Shown: one piece after another, positions 9,207 to 21,338 of the stretch
Position numbering within the stretch: the stretch's first letter is position 1
Layout of the letters: each line of letters begins with the position of its first letter
Origin: Atractiella rhizophila
Lineage: Eukaryota
DNA length: 39,582 bases
Direction: 5' to 3'
Assembly (NCBI GenBank): GCA_021432655.1
Contig: MU271610.1
Span: forward strand, 1-39,582
Made by a program: the position numbers and the translations under genes
Notes under the pieces: model-generated
What the model was told of the DNA's origin: nothing
What the model saw: the letters and a program-made list of their open reading frames with translations, nothing else
Database searches by the model: none

Positions 9207-11400
9207 ATGTCCCCTTTGCTCTTTCTAGCCCTCAGTGCCTCCGCTTACTCAGCCTCACTCCAGTGGAGCGTCTCAGATGACAGACACAGCGAACAGCTCG
9301 TCTTCCAACCTCAATTTGAACAACCTGAGACCCCAACAGCGCCTGGATTTCATAATGCATTCGAGACATTGGGCTTCCCTCCATTGGAAGAGTTCGGTCT
9401 CGAAGATACCATGATGGAGATGCTTAGGGAGTTTCTTCAGGTCGAGACCGAAGAAAGGTGCGTATCAGGCTTATTATTCAATTCAAATTGTTCCACTGGA
9501 ACTGCTTGTTCGACTTTTCGGTTTACAAACACGTCTACAGTGTAGCTGTACCATTTCTGAAGAGTTATTAGCTTATTTGCTCTGAAATAAACTGGATGGC
9601 TTGACCTGCATTGCTCTGGCGGTTATTACATCACCTGTCCTGTCCCTCTGTATCACAATGGGTACTACAGCCATGATGAGGCTCGCCGCCCCCGGGATGC
9701 AGTTAACATCAATGACTTACCTTCGATGTCGAGTTTGACGTCTATGTCTTGTTCGAAAATTTGTGTGCTTTGAGTTGTAACGAAATGCTCCCGCTCCAAT
9801 TCGGTTGACTGGACTTCCTAACACACAATGGCAATAGATACGTCCAACTCTCTCCAGACGCTAAGGATATCCACCGCATCACGGAAGGAGAAAAGACTCT
9901 CCTTCGTCTACAGGGGAAACCTTTCATTGACGTCACTGACTCCATCTCGTTTGACTATTCGAGCCCTTTTGTACAACAAAGTCCAGAAGTAGAGGAGGAT
10001 CCTTTCTCTAGTACGCTACACCGCCCCTTTCCCGTCCCTACCAGGATAAAGACGAATGGAAATTGAGTGTGTATTAGTTCCGGACCTGAAATACTCTCGT
10101 GAGGATCTCAAGGACGCGTTTGCAAATACCTGGAACGAAGACAAGATGGAAGAGTTCTTGACCGAATATTCTGGATTCACGACCCGGTAAGCCACTCTTC
10201 CGTCTTGTCCTGGTGAAATTGAAATCGATTATGTTGGCAAAAGGTACTATCGCTCTCGTTATGGTGCTGAAGCTTCCGATTGGTTAGGCGCTCAGATCCT
10301 CGCTCTCGGTTTGCCTCTTCTGCTCTCTTCGCCTAATACATTATTGACACAATCGAATCCTGACAGTTAACTCTTACGACCTCTCTCCTGAGAAAGCTCC
10401 AGTCCTGAAAGCCTTCCCCCACTCCTGGGGTCAGAACTCTTGGATCCTGACCTTCCCCTCTGCGTCTCCCTCAGCTCGGAAAGTCATTACCGGTGCGCAT
10501 CTGGACAGCGCCAACATGCTCCCTTTCCTCCCTGCTCCTGGGTTCGTTTTCTTTCACATCGTTCCATCCCTTTCCTTGGAGAGTACCAACGGATGAGAGA
10601 ATGTTTTGGTCCAGAGCGGACGACGACGGCAGCGGTACCACTTCTAACCTCGGCGCACTTGCCGCCGTCCTCCAGCTGGTAAAGGATGGATGGGAATCAG
10701 ACGAGCAGATCGAGTTTCAGTGGTACTCTGCTGAAGAAGGTAAGAGTCCCCCTGCGTCGTTCTGTCGATACCGAACAAGAGCTTATTGGCTGCTTGGCTC
10801 TTGAAGCTGGTTTACTTGGAAGTCAGGGGATCGCCAAGGCGTATAAGGCGGATAACGTGAAGGTGAAAGGGATGCTACAGGTTCTTGAACATTCACCTCC
10901 TGCAGTTTCGGGCCATTATTGACAAAGCTTGTCCAGATGGATATGACAGCCTGGTTGAAGCAGGGGAAACCAGAGACGTTCGGTATCTTTGCAGACTACG
11001 TCAACCCCAACGCGACTGCATTCCTCGAAAAATTGGTGACCGAGCATCGTGCGTTCCCATCCATCCACTGTTCCGTCTTGAGAACACTGATGATGTCGCT
11101 CGACTTCAGTTGACATCCCTTTCGCTGAGACCCTCTGCCATTACGGATGTAGCGATCACGCTTCCTTCTTCAACGCAGGCTACCCCAGCGCAGGGAGCAC
11201 AGAGAGCATCTTTCAGGACTTCTCTCCTTAGTTCGTCCTCTTTCTTTTTGAGATCGTCGAGTATGGTTAACTCTTTCGCTAGCGCACATACTGTGAGAGA
11301 TACCATCAATCACGAGGAGTTCAGCTTCTCGCACATGAGAAAGTTCTCCATCATCGCGACGGCTTGGATGGTCGAGTTGGGAGGGATGAAGAAGAACTAA
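9207..11400 (+). CDS. Secreted M28 family zinc leucine aminopeptidase (LAP1-like), multi-exon
   Basis: Signal peptide plus motifs [59 protein letters not shown] and HTVRDT...FSFSHM. Stop at 11400. First intron 9458-9837. Confidence 0.93.
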
Positions 11401-12123
11401 TGTATTCAGGCTCATGAAGATGAAATGATCGTTACTATAAGCTCTGTGTGATTCTTGACGGTCCACATCAAGCTTGAAGCTTATGGCCTCCACCACCTTG
11501 AGATCGCATGAGAACGTCCTAAGGACCAGCTTTGACGATGGGTTCACATTTGTTTAAGATGTGTAGCCCACACAAATGTTACTCGGCGGGTGTGCAAATA
11601 AATGTGTTCGATTGAGGAATGTGTGTCTTCTTTCCTTCTGACTTACTTCGCACTGACTTGGATTCAAGTACATTCTCGTTTATCTTGGCCGAAGAAGGAT
11701 AAAACAGCCAATCACCGGGTCAACATTCCACTCCCAACACGATCCCATGCCTCTAGAAAACTGAGCAGAAGTTGCTCGTCTACTCCTATGGTCCGAGTCG
11801 GCACAATTTGTTTGTGCCCATCACAAACTAATGCGGGACATTTTCGCCCTCTTCAGAGATCCTCCTGGTATCACCATGCCTGATTCTAGTCTTTCTCATT
11901 CGTCATCGCGCTCCTTAACAGTTCAAAATCCCAGTCCCAGTTGAGCTTCCCACATCTCTCTCTCTCATCCCCTCATTCCCTTTCTCAATTTGCAACATTT
12001 TATACATTATTCACAGTAGAAAACTCGTTGCAGCTGGTATCACTCAGAATCAAAACACATCCCTAACTCTCAGAATCTTCCTCCTGAATGGCCCAAAATA
12101 TCAACAAGAAAGCCGAAACGAAA

Positions 12124-14362
12124 CTAATTGTGGCGCGCTTGTTTCCCTTCCACAGATTCACAGCGCAACCTCGAGAGAACCGATTCCAAATACTGCTTCA
12201 ATGCCTTGCGTTCCTACACAACTTTCAACGCCATCACAAACAAAAAGACTGCATACCTCATCCTTAGCTCCTTTGTCATCCCCCATGAGCTTTTCCGTCG
12301 CTCGCTTCGCCTCCTCAAACTTGGCATGAAAATCGTCCCCACCATTTTGATCCTTCTCATTAGAAGGTGCTTCGGATCGTTTCTCGGAAGGAGGACGCTC
12401 TGAGGTATCTGCAAGGTGAACAGGTTTCTCAATGCCTATCTTCCGAGCGTACTCATGATCGACATCCTCCAATAAGTGGTCTCCATCAGCGAAAGCATGT
12501 TCTATCTCTGCATTGAGACAAAGTATATAAGGGAGCAGAGACACTTACTGAACTTGGAACTGAACGCTTCCTGGAGGACTGAGAAGAAAATGGTCACGTC
12601 TGCTGCTCCAAAAAACGACCTGCAAGTTCGTCAATCCACTAGACTAGACCATGAGACATTTGGCGTGTACAGACCAGGCAACGAAGAAGGCTTTTCCCGC
12701 CTGTGTTGTCGGGAACAAGTCTCCGTATCCGACGGTTGTGAACGCAACATAAGAGAACCAGATTGAGTCCCAATACGACCATTTTTCAAGGTAGACGTAA
12801 GCCACCGAACCAATCTAAAACAGTGCGATTCAGCGTCATTACGCATGATGGGGAGCATGAAATTCACCGCCCAAAAGAGGAGAAAGAAGAGTGTAGATAT
12901 GACAATCTTCGACCTGAAGTCTCGTCTCCTCAGCCTCTTCAACTCCTTCTTAACCCTCTCCTTCTTCTCAAAGTCCGTCTCTTCCTCGAGCGCCTCCTCC
13001 ACCTTTTCAGCTAGACAACTGAACGGGATCCTCTTCCTCCTCGCAAACCGCGAAAGCATCCGCTTCTCTCTTTCCTTATACGATTCCTCGAGGTATTCGA
13101 TCACCTGCAATCGCTTCAACACAAAAAAATAAATAAATGGCGATGAAAAAACTCACGCTCTCTCGCAGAGCCACAACGAATACACCTGCGTGAATGTTTG
13201 AGCGTCAGGAATGTTCAAGTGGGAAAGGACGACGGATACCGAAACAAACTATGCCAAGAGTATTGTTGAAATATGCGAATAATCTCGCTCCAAACGACTG
13301 AGGTACGATATCTCCAAACCCTGCATCACGGAAGTCTCAGCCATTGCCTCCTATCATGGATTGAATCTTTACCTGTAGTGATAACCGTCTGAACAGTGAA
13401 ATAGAGCGTATCCACAAACCTGCAGGAGCATCAACAAGTCTGCGATTCAGCCAAAAAGAGAAGCGCATACGTTGTGCGTTGTGGTTGAGGGATGGTAGTT
13501 GTTGGATAAGTTTCCAGGATGAGGAATTTATTGATGAGAGTTCCGAAGCTGATGACTGTAAGAAAAATAGTGTAGGAGAGTACCAAGATCCTCTCCTTCT
13601 CGCTCAAGACCTTCAACACGCCCTTCCTCGTCCATTCAACCGCCAAACAGACTGTGATAACAGCATCACAGCAAACAAGGCAAACAGTGACCCAATACGA
13701 CAACGCATATCGGAACCCATCCGCCGGCTCCCTATTCCTGAGACCTGCAAAGATGGATACATTGAGGAGGGAGATGAGGGTCGAGAGGAGAAAACAGATT
13801 CCTCCTCCGACGATGTACCGTCGAGGCGTCTTGCTGTGCAAGCGCACGACGCACAGAAGGCTGCCGATGGCGTTGAGGGCGAGAGCGAAGGATCCACCGA
13901 CTACGACGAGCGTGGGATCGGAACGTGTCGTTTTTGAACCGTCTGGATTGTCGCGCACATACCTTTGCAACAGCATTTGTGATCAGATTCGCTTTGGACA
14001 GCGTGTTTGATACAACTAGGCTACACAGTCTTCTCCGGTGATATGGAATGAACTTGTGCTTCATCCTCAGACCTGTAGAGCTCATCATACGGCTCTCACA
14101 GAGACCATCAAGTGCACTTTGCTGAGGTTCAGCAGATGCACCCATACACTCCACTCTCCTTTGCGCAAATCATACCACCTTTTATAACCAAAGTAATAAC
14201 TCACCAATCTTCCATCAAAGCAGGCAGCGCAAAGACCATGCTCAGAGGTCCCAATGCAGCCCCAGCCAAAGCAAAAGCCCTGTGCCTCCAGACGGCTGAC
14301 ACGCTCGCTTCTCTCTCCCTTTCCTTCGTCTCGTCCACCTCTCGTCCACCGTGCTTCTCCAT
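12124..14362 (-). CDS. TOK-type two-pore-domain potassium channel (start and stop approximate)
   Basis: Multiple TM helices. Pore 1: FVDTLYFTVQTVITT|GFGDIVP (intron 13321-13372). Pore 2: WDSIWFSYVAFTTVGYGDLFPTTQAGKAFFVAW. Charged inter-pore loop. Nearest in-frame ATG is 14362. Confidence 0.9.
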
Positions 14363-14613
14363 TCCTTATGCTGCAGCTGGTCTGGTTCGGACTGGCTCAG
14401 AGATGTCGTTGTTGGGTGTGGCTGCTGTTGCGTCATAGATCTTATCCAGGACCACGAATCCGTGGACGGCGTTTGAAGCGATAACACGTGATTCTCACTC
14501 TCAAAGGTCGAGATCATTTGGACCATCTGGACATCATTGACGTGAGGCTGCTTGTCCGTGCTGCTATTCGCAGCTTTCGTGGCGTGACAAAGCCCAAGAC
14601 TGGCTTTGCATTA

Positions 14614-16242
14614 TCAGACGACGGAGAACCTGTACTCGCTCTCCCAAACTACCACTTCTCCTTCTTTGTAAATTTGATTCTGGCCCCATTCAGGATGATT
14701 AATGGCATCGTCCCATCCACCTTGTTCTAACGCGACGCACTGCATGCCATAACCTCGTTAACACAGGACGGTATAGATGGCGCAAAGCTTACACTTCGAG
14801 AACCATAAATCCCAGCCGTTGCTCCTCCCTGGGAAGCCTTCCGGGGAAGAGAAGCCACTCCGATGCCTTCGCAAGTCCACACTTCCACAGATGGCTGATT
14901 TGTGTAGACGTCCATCCTTCATGAAAGAAAGTCATGGTGAGCGTCACTGTGATAATCGAGAACAAGCGGATGAAATCGCACTTGATTCCAGAATCTACAC
15001 TCCGCAACGTCAAAGCTGGCTTCTTCGTCGACCGATCATCTTCGTATATCATACCTTCGCACCGTGCATCAGCTTCCTTCATCACGAGATAAGAGAACAA
15101 GCACAGATGTTAATCCCATCGCAGCCCGGTCCACAAAACGGCGTCGTGCCATTCGTCACGAAATGGTCCGCCAGAGGTTTGTCCGTCCTAAAATCGAGAC
15201 CTGGAACATTATCCACGTCCAATATCTCACCCGTTGGAAGGAGGGCTGCATCAACCTGCAGAGCGCGATCCGCATTGAGTTGGAGATTATGGGAATCGAG
15301 GAAGGTACGGTTCGTATCGTTGGTATAAGCGTGGTAGCCTTCTAGGTTCCAATATGCGTGAGACGTGAGTTTGACGGGCGTTTTCCCCTCGAGGACGCGG
15401 GAGAGGAAGCGCAGATGCCAACTAGTAGATGTGAGAGTGTATGTCAACTCCGTGTAGACGGAGCCACCAAAGCCTTCCGTTCCATTCTTCACCATCGGGT
15501 CAGATGAGGTTTTAGAGGTTGGGAGGAGAGGACGGACCTTGTCTAGTAGACCTAACGTGAGAGAATGAGGTGTAGAGTCTATGTATGTCCATGCTCTCAA
15601 ATCATAGCCTTTAGCTCCACCGTGAAGCGTTGTAACTGGATCGGCACACCAGATGATGAGAACATATAGAACTCATTGTATAGAGACGCACCATTATTCT
15701 CGTTCAGCGTGGTATGAAAGATCTCGATCCCAGCAGGGAGAGAATCATTAACGGCGGTATTATGTGTAGTCGGAATCGAGTATGTCCCGTTCCTGATCCT
15801 TCCTGCATATCTCCCGACTGCAGCACCAAACTGTGCGCGAATCTGGGGATAAAGCTCCTGCCATTCAAACACTTTCAGCCCACTTTGCAACTTCCAGGGA
15901 GTTCACAAACTAAGTCATCGAATCCGAGGATAACATCTCGAAAGTCACCATCCTTGTCCTATCCCGCCAGCGTTAGACATGCAGCCTGCAGTGGCACAAA
16001 GCGGTAGAAACACGCACTTGGACAAACAGAGAGTATGCGCTGCCGCCTAATTCGAGGAATGAACCCCGAATGCTTCCGTCTGGGCTCGAGATGTTGTGCA
16101 GCACTAACCCATCGGAAAGGTTCGATGTTGCAAGCTGCTCGAAAGATGCAACCTCCATCTTGAAATCATGACTCCCCGGAATAGCCGCAGCTTTGCACCT
16201 TAGAAATAAAGACACGAAGACAGGAAGGAAGGTAGACAACAT
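14614..16242 (-). CDS. Aldose 1-epimerase (galactose mutarotase family) with signal peptide
   Basis: DVILGFDD, GAAVGRYAGRIRNG, TLHGG, TSHAYWNL, LLPTG, VYTNQP and CVALEQ motifs after splicing. TGA at 14614-14616. Confidence 0.93.
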
Positions 16243-16671
16243 TGTTATGGGTTTCCCAGGTTCAGCTGGTGGGCAGTACCTCCCCTAACTCTCCCTTCCT
16301 CTTATACGAGGCAAAACATTTCACCTTGTGCGCGAGAGAACAGAGGACTCGTTATAATTAGCTTCTATCCGTGCAGCTGGAGAGCACGAGGGTGCATGAT
16401 GGTATGACGATCGTTTTATGATGTGATCGTGAAGTTTGTAAATGGCGAAAACCCTTGTCTCTCGCTGCAATCACAAGGTGAAGGAGGTCAAGCGAGGACG
16501 GACCTATTCAGCAAGCAGAAGCGGTTAGATCCTACTGATTTTTCATTTTCCTTCTACATTATTCAATACATCTCATTTTCGCTTCACTTTTGCCTTTATT
16601 TGTTTCGGTACAATCGTCCACTCGAGAGTTGAGAGTTGAGAGTTGCATGGTTCTTCGCATCCACGGCACAA

Positions 16672-19600
16672 TCAATCGTACCTGTTGCCTCCATGATGAC
16701 CGCCTGCGCGAAGATAAGCTGACGTTATCAATGCAAGAGGGACAAACCGTGATGATGACCTCTCCTCCCTTCGTCCTCCTCATCGTCGTCGCCGTGGCGC
16801 CGGCCGCCTGGTCCAAAAATTAATCCTCGGTCTACAACAGTGGCTTGGACGAACCTTGATGCCCTCCCCTCCTTCCTTCCTCGTCATCATCCCGAATGTT
16901 CATCCTCTCGACACCGTAGCTATCATCCCTTCCTCCTCCCCTGCCTCCAAATCCTCCCTCCTCCCTCGCACCTTGCCATCCACCGCCTCCTCCGTGCCTC
17001 TCTTCCCTTCCTCCACTACCGTAACCACCACCACTTCCATAGCCTCCTCCATCATTTTGGTCGCTCCTCTCGAACGAGCTCCCGTAAGTGTTTTGGAAGC
17101 TGTCTTCGTTTCGGTTGGCAGAATAGCTCTCTTCATCCCGCTCCCCGTAGGGTCTGGATCCACCACCTCCATAACCACCACCGCTACCACCGTAACCGCC
17201 TGACCGAGAGTCTCCTCCTCTATTATAACCCCCACTGAAGGTATCTTCCCCTGATCCCCCTCCTCCTCCACGACCATAAGAGGTCTGTTCCGCTTCCTCT
17301 CCTAATCCACCATGATGACGACCGCCACCACCGTGATGACCGTGTCCACCCTGTTGATTGTCCCTTCCGGTAGATGAACCATACTGATTACCGCCGCCGT
17401 ACGAGTCCTCGTTCCTGGAAGACCCATACTCGTTGCGGGAGGAGCCATATTCGTTGTCGCCCCTTCTTCCCGACTCGTTGTTATCCCTTCGAGATCCATG
17501 CTCGTTGCGGGAAGACCCAAACTCATTGCGAGAAGATCCGTACTCGTTGTTATCGTCCCTTCGAGACCCATATTCGTTTCGCGAAGAACCATATTCGCCA
17601 CCGCTTCTTCCTCCCGATCCGTATTCATTGTCCCCTCCGCCGTAAGCACCAGCGGTTCTACCACCAAAAGATTCTTCCGTCCTGCCTTCGCCGTATGATG
17701 ATTCATTCCTTCCGGATTGTCTTCCGTATGAAGATTCCTCCCTTCCAGACTGACCATAGGACTGGCCGTATGACGGTTCTGTTCTCCCAGCCTGCCCATA
17801 CGATTGGCCGTACGACGGTTCAGTTCTTCCAGACTGGCCATAAGAAGATTCGTTTCTGCCAGATTGGCCGCCATACGATGATTCATGCTGGCCGTATGAG
17901 GATTCATGCCTTCCAGACTGTCCACCATGTCCCTGACCGTGACTGCCTGATTGACCACCATATCCTTGGCTCTGAATTCGCGCTCCGCCTCCGCCCCTTC
18001 CACCTTGAGGATGAGGTGCCTTCCTTCCTACACATGCCCCGTGAACCTTCGTATTCTCGTCGGCACCAATACGTTTATTGTCGCCTTCCCTCACGCTTTC
18101 CTGTTCCCACCGAATGGCAAATTAGGTCAAGCATAGTAGGTCAATGGGATGAGAACCTTAGAGAGCCTTTGGATAACAGTGTTCTGGTCCTCCCTCGACA
18201 AACCTTCGAACCACCTCCTCATCTCATCTGCCATTTTCTCCTGAATACCGGAACGACCATTTGCAATGTACGGGTGATGGAACGTCTCAAGGATCTGTTA
18301 CCTCTCTCTTCAATATTCTGGCCCAAAGACCAGGAAATAACAAAATACCTCGTCAACGGCTTGGTTCGCATCCATTCTCCCACTCCAAGCGCTGACGACC
18401 CTCGTAACTGCCTCCCTCACCACGACTTTAGCAATTCGTCCCTGTCATTCAAGCATCAGTCTTCCCTTCTTAAGAACGTTGGTAAGCGTACAGCAGGATC
18501 GTTTAGGATATTGTCGAAATGATCCTTTGATATCATTGAATGTGAGGGGTCTGAAGCTTGAGGATTGTCGAACACTTCGTACTGGTCGTCTTGGTCAATT
18601 ACCTCCCGGCTGCCTTTGCTAAGTCCATCCGAGACCGTGGATAGTAATGTCTAGTGGTAACTGTCAACTTGGTTTGCCCGTCTGCTTTTGGAGCAAAGCT
18701 CCGCTGGGAATGAGCCTACCTGAATGTAAGGTTGAATAGTTGTATAGACGAAGACGTTCACAGCTTCCGTGAGCTCTTCAACCAAATTCTGAAGACCAGG
18801 GATTTTCTCCACGGTTGCTTCAATGTCTCGCATAACACCGTCTCTCCACTTCAAAGCTGAGTAAACCATCAGCCTAAGACCTGTCTCTTAGTTGGAAAGG
18901 AAGAGACGCGAACCGTCAGTCAGGGCACGCTGGACTTCTTCGCTAGCGACATCATCAGGATTGAAATCAACGGCCTTCTTCTGCATTTCTTCAGCTTGGG
19001 ATACTTTCTCGTCTCCACCACCTCCGCCGATTTTGGAAAAGATGTCTGCGAGAAAAGGGTAATAGGACACACATTCAATCGGGCTAATAGGAAGCTTACT
19101 CTTGATAACCTCAAGCTGCCCTTCCTTTCCTTTCGAGTTCTGCATCTTTTTGTCCAATTCTGCAATCGAGGATTCCGAAAGCTTGTCTTGTGCTTCACCC
19201 ATAACACTGAAGACTGCCCGCATCTATCAGTAATTTCCCTGATGATAATAAAAGGTCGCACTGAAATCGGCGCTCCCAAAGGTGCCGGTTACCAACGGAG
19301 AGACTTCGCCGTTATTGGTGCGAATAGTAACATTATCGCCAACATGTGTGAATACGGAGTCGTGTCCCATCTTCCTCAGGGTGAGTTCGCTGGATTGTGC
19401 CGATTGCGTCAGCTTCACGTTGTAGCGAAGAGGTATAAAATTGACATACCACCAATTACTGTGTGCCAACAAGTCCTCCAATGTATGCAGCGCTCCGCCT
19501 AACAACCTGTAAGCTTCGAAGAGCTCCGGAGAGTCTCTGCCTCCGCTTCGCTGAGCAAGTTCTATATTCTTTCTCAGAAGCCGCGTGCAAATGAAGCAGA

Positions 19601-20635
19601 GGATAGTTGCAAACCGATAGCTTTCAGCAAAGATCTCCTCACATGTGCGGCAGCGGTATCGTACCTCTGCCCTTCCTTCGCAATATAATTCTTCATTCCC
19701 GTCCTTTCATCGATCTCCAACTCTTGCGGGTCCACAGGGGGTCTGAGTTTCGGATGATACTTTCTCGGGTCTTCGTTCCCTCCGTAACCCTTGGGATTAT
19801 CGATATGTTCAACCGTTTGATAGGTTCCCAGCCTTTCTGCCGTCAATTCGAACTCCTCAGTTGCATATCCAAAGCTCATGAATCCCAGAACGGAAAGAAC
19901 AAGGACGATAGTATCTGCAGTCGCGTGAGAAAGGCCGGCAATGTCCATGGCTTGTGAATAATCGCGGAGCCAGTTGCCCTACACCACATCTTCGTCAATT
20001 CGCAGAGAAAGGAGAGCATATGCCAAAGTCGTGGACAAGGATAATGAGATACGCACGAAGTAAACTCTCTTCACATCAGACTTGCTAAACCTCGCTCCTC
20101 CCTTCGCTGCCGTTGCCGCTGCGCTCAATATTCCGACCTATGAAATAAAGCATCCGCATAGTTAATCAAGTCATTGCCCCTGGATCCAGGCGAGAGATTA
20201 GCAAACGCACAGCAGCTCCCAGCAATCCTCCTCCTCCTCCGTGATGTCCTCCATCTCCATCAGTCCTTCCTTCCCATCTCAACAGCTCTTCGAGGGTGCT
20301 TTCAATATCGCCATGCCTGTAGGCAGAATCGTGGCAATAGGAGAATGAGGGGATCTCGCCTGTTGCGTTTCCATTATTAGCAATCTCACTTAATGTCGAT
20401 CACAATAACACAACAACAAAATGCGATGGTTGAATCGCCATCTGTTTCCACAGCTACGTAGCTGATTGAAGACACAATCGCATAGTTCATCTGATAACGA
20501 ACAATCTTCCCCCTCCCGCACCCTGCAACCCGATCGATGTAGAAACTCACCAGCTCCGAAGGCGTTAACCCTGGCCACGAAAAAGAGCAACACAAACGCG
20601 ATGATCAACAGGAAAGGAGGTTTGGAGAACGCCAT
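16672..20635 (-). CDS. HET-C family (heterokaryon incompatibility) protein with signal peptide and Gly/Ser/Tyr-rich C-terminal tail
   Basis: AFGAG|EIPSFSY...RHGDIE, GNWLRDYSQAMDI, EHIDNPKGY, GMKNYI, LGGALHTLEDLLAHSNW, PLVTGTFGSADF and HSMISKDHF. Terminal small exons give ...GGHHGGNRYD* at 16672. Confidence 0.93.
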
Positions 20636-21338
20636 ATTTGACCGAAATTTGATCCTCGATTTCTCGGTTTCGGTAGCTTCGATTTCGTTTTCGCTTGTAA
20701 GCTTGTTAGAAAAGATTCGGTTCTGTTGTCTGCTGGTTGATGCTTGTGATTTGGATGTTGGGATGAGGCCTCGTCGTCGTTTTTGTGAGCAGCCTTGGAA
20801 ACGGAGGCACATTTAACGATAGGCTAATGACGACCGCCAAGACTTGCTGCCAAGACTATCTTGTGTCAAAGCAAGGCATTATGAGTCTCTGGATTGCATT
20901 AATTGGAAGGCGTTATTCCGACTGGTCATTACAAGAATGTATTACTATTACAAACTATTATTCGATATTCATTGATACTTTACTCATTTAAACGACATCT
21001 GTGTCAGTCGGCGTAATGCGTCGAGTATTAGTGGATGGAGTAAGTTTAGTGGATGGAGTAAGTTGCATTGCACGACGTTACTAACGTTACTGACATGACT
21101 GATCCCAAAAAGCTCTCGAAAAACGAGAAACAGAAAAACTGCAGCGAGAGAAGAATCAAGCTGCAGTGCTAAGGGTTAATATAGTAAGACTATCCAGTAG
21201 CGACAGAGAAAGCACCGAACATGTAATATATGAAGCTACTGCTAATGATAGAATGATACTTTTCGAAAATCGTGTATGCGCGTGTCATGATGATGATAAA
21301 AAAATATGTGACTCCATGGAGTCAGTCCTTCTTCAAAT

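Larger units (their letters stand above)
8365..9372. repeat. Direct tandem duplication, ~503-bp unit (8365-8867 / 8868-9372)
   Basis: The copies differ at about 5 positions: a 1-bp indel and three substitutions at ~8615-8635 vs ~9118-9140, plus one G/A at 8831/9335. The unit contains the THG1 5' end, the intergenic promoter and the peptidase 5' end. Confidence 0.97.

Noticed and set aside
9673..9837. Box C/D snoRNA in the aminopeptidase intron
   Set aside because: Box C is present but there is no downstream CTGA box D in the intron, so it was not called.
14363..14526. Longer TOK N-terminus from ORF 14242-14526
   Set aside because: Out of frame with the channel, with no clear intron to join it; ATG 14362 suffices.
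17374..18522. 382-aa plus-strand ORF
   Set aside because: Antisense shadow of the repetitive HET-C coding region.
21029..21064. 18-bp perfect tandem duplication TAGTGGATGGAGTAAGTT x2
   Set aside because: Ordinary slippage duplication; no evidence of function.
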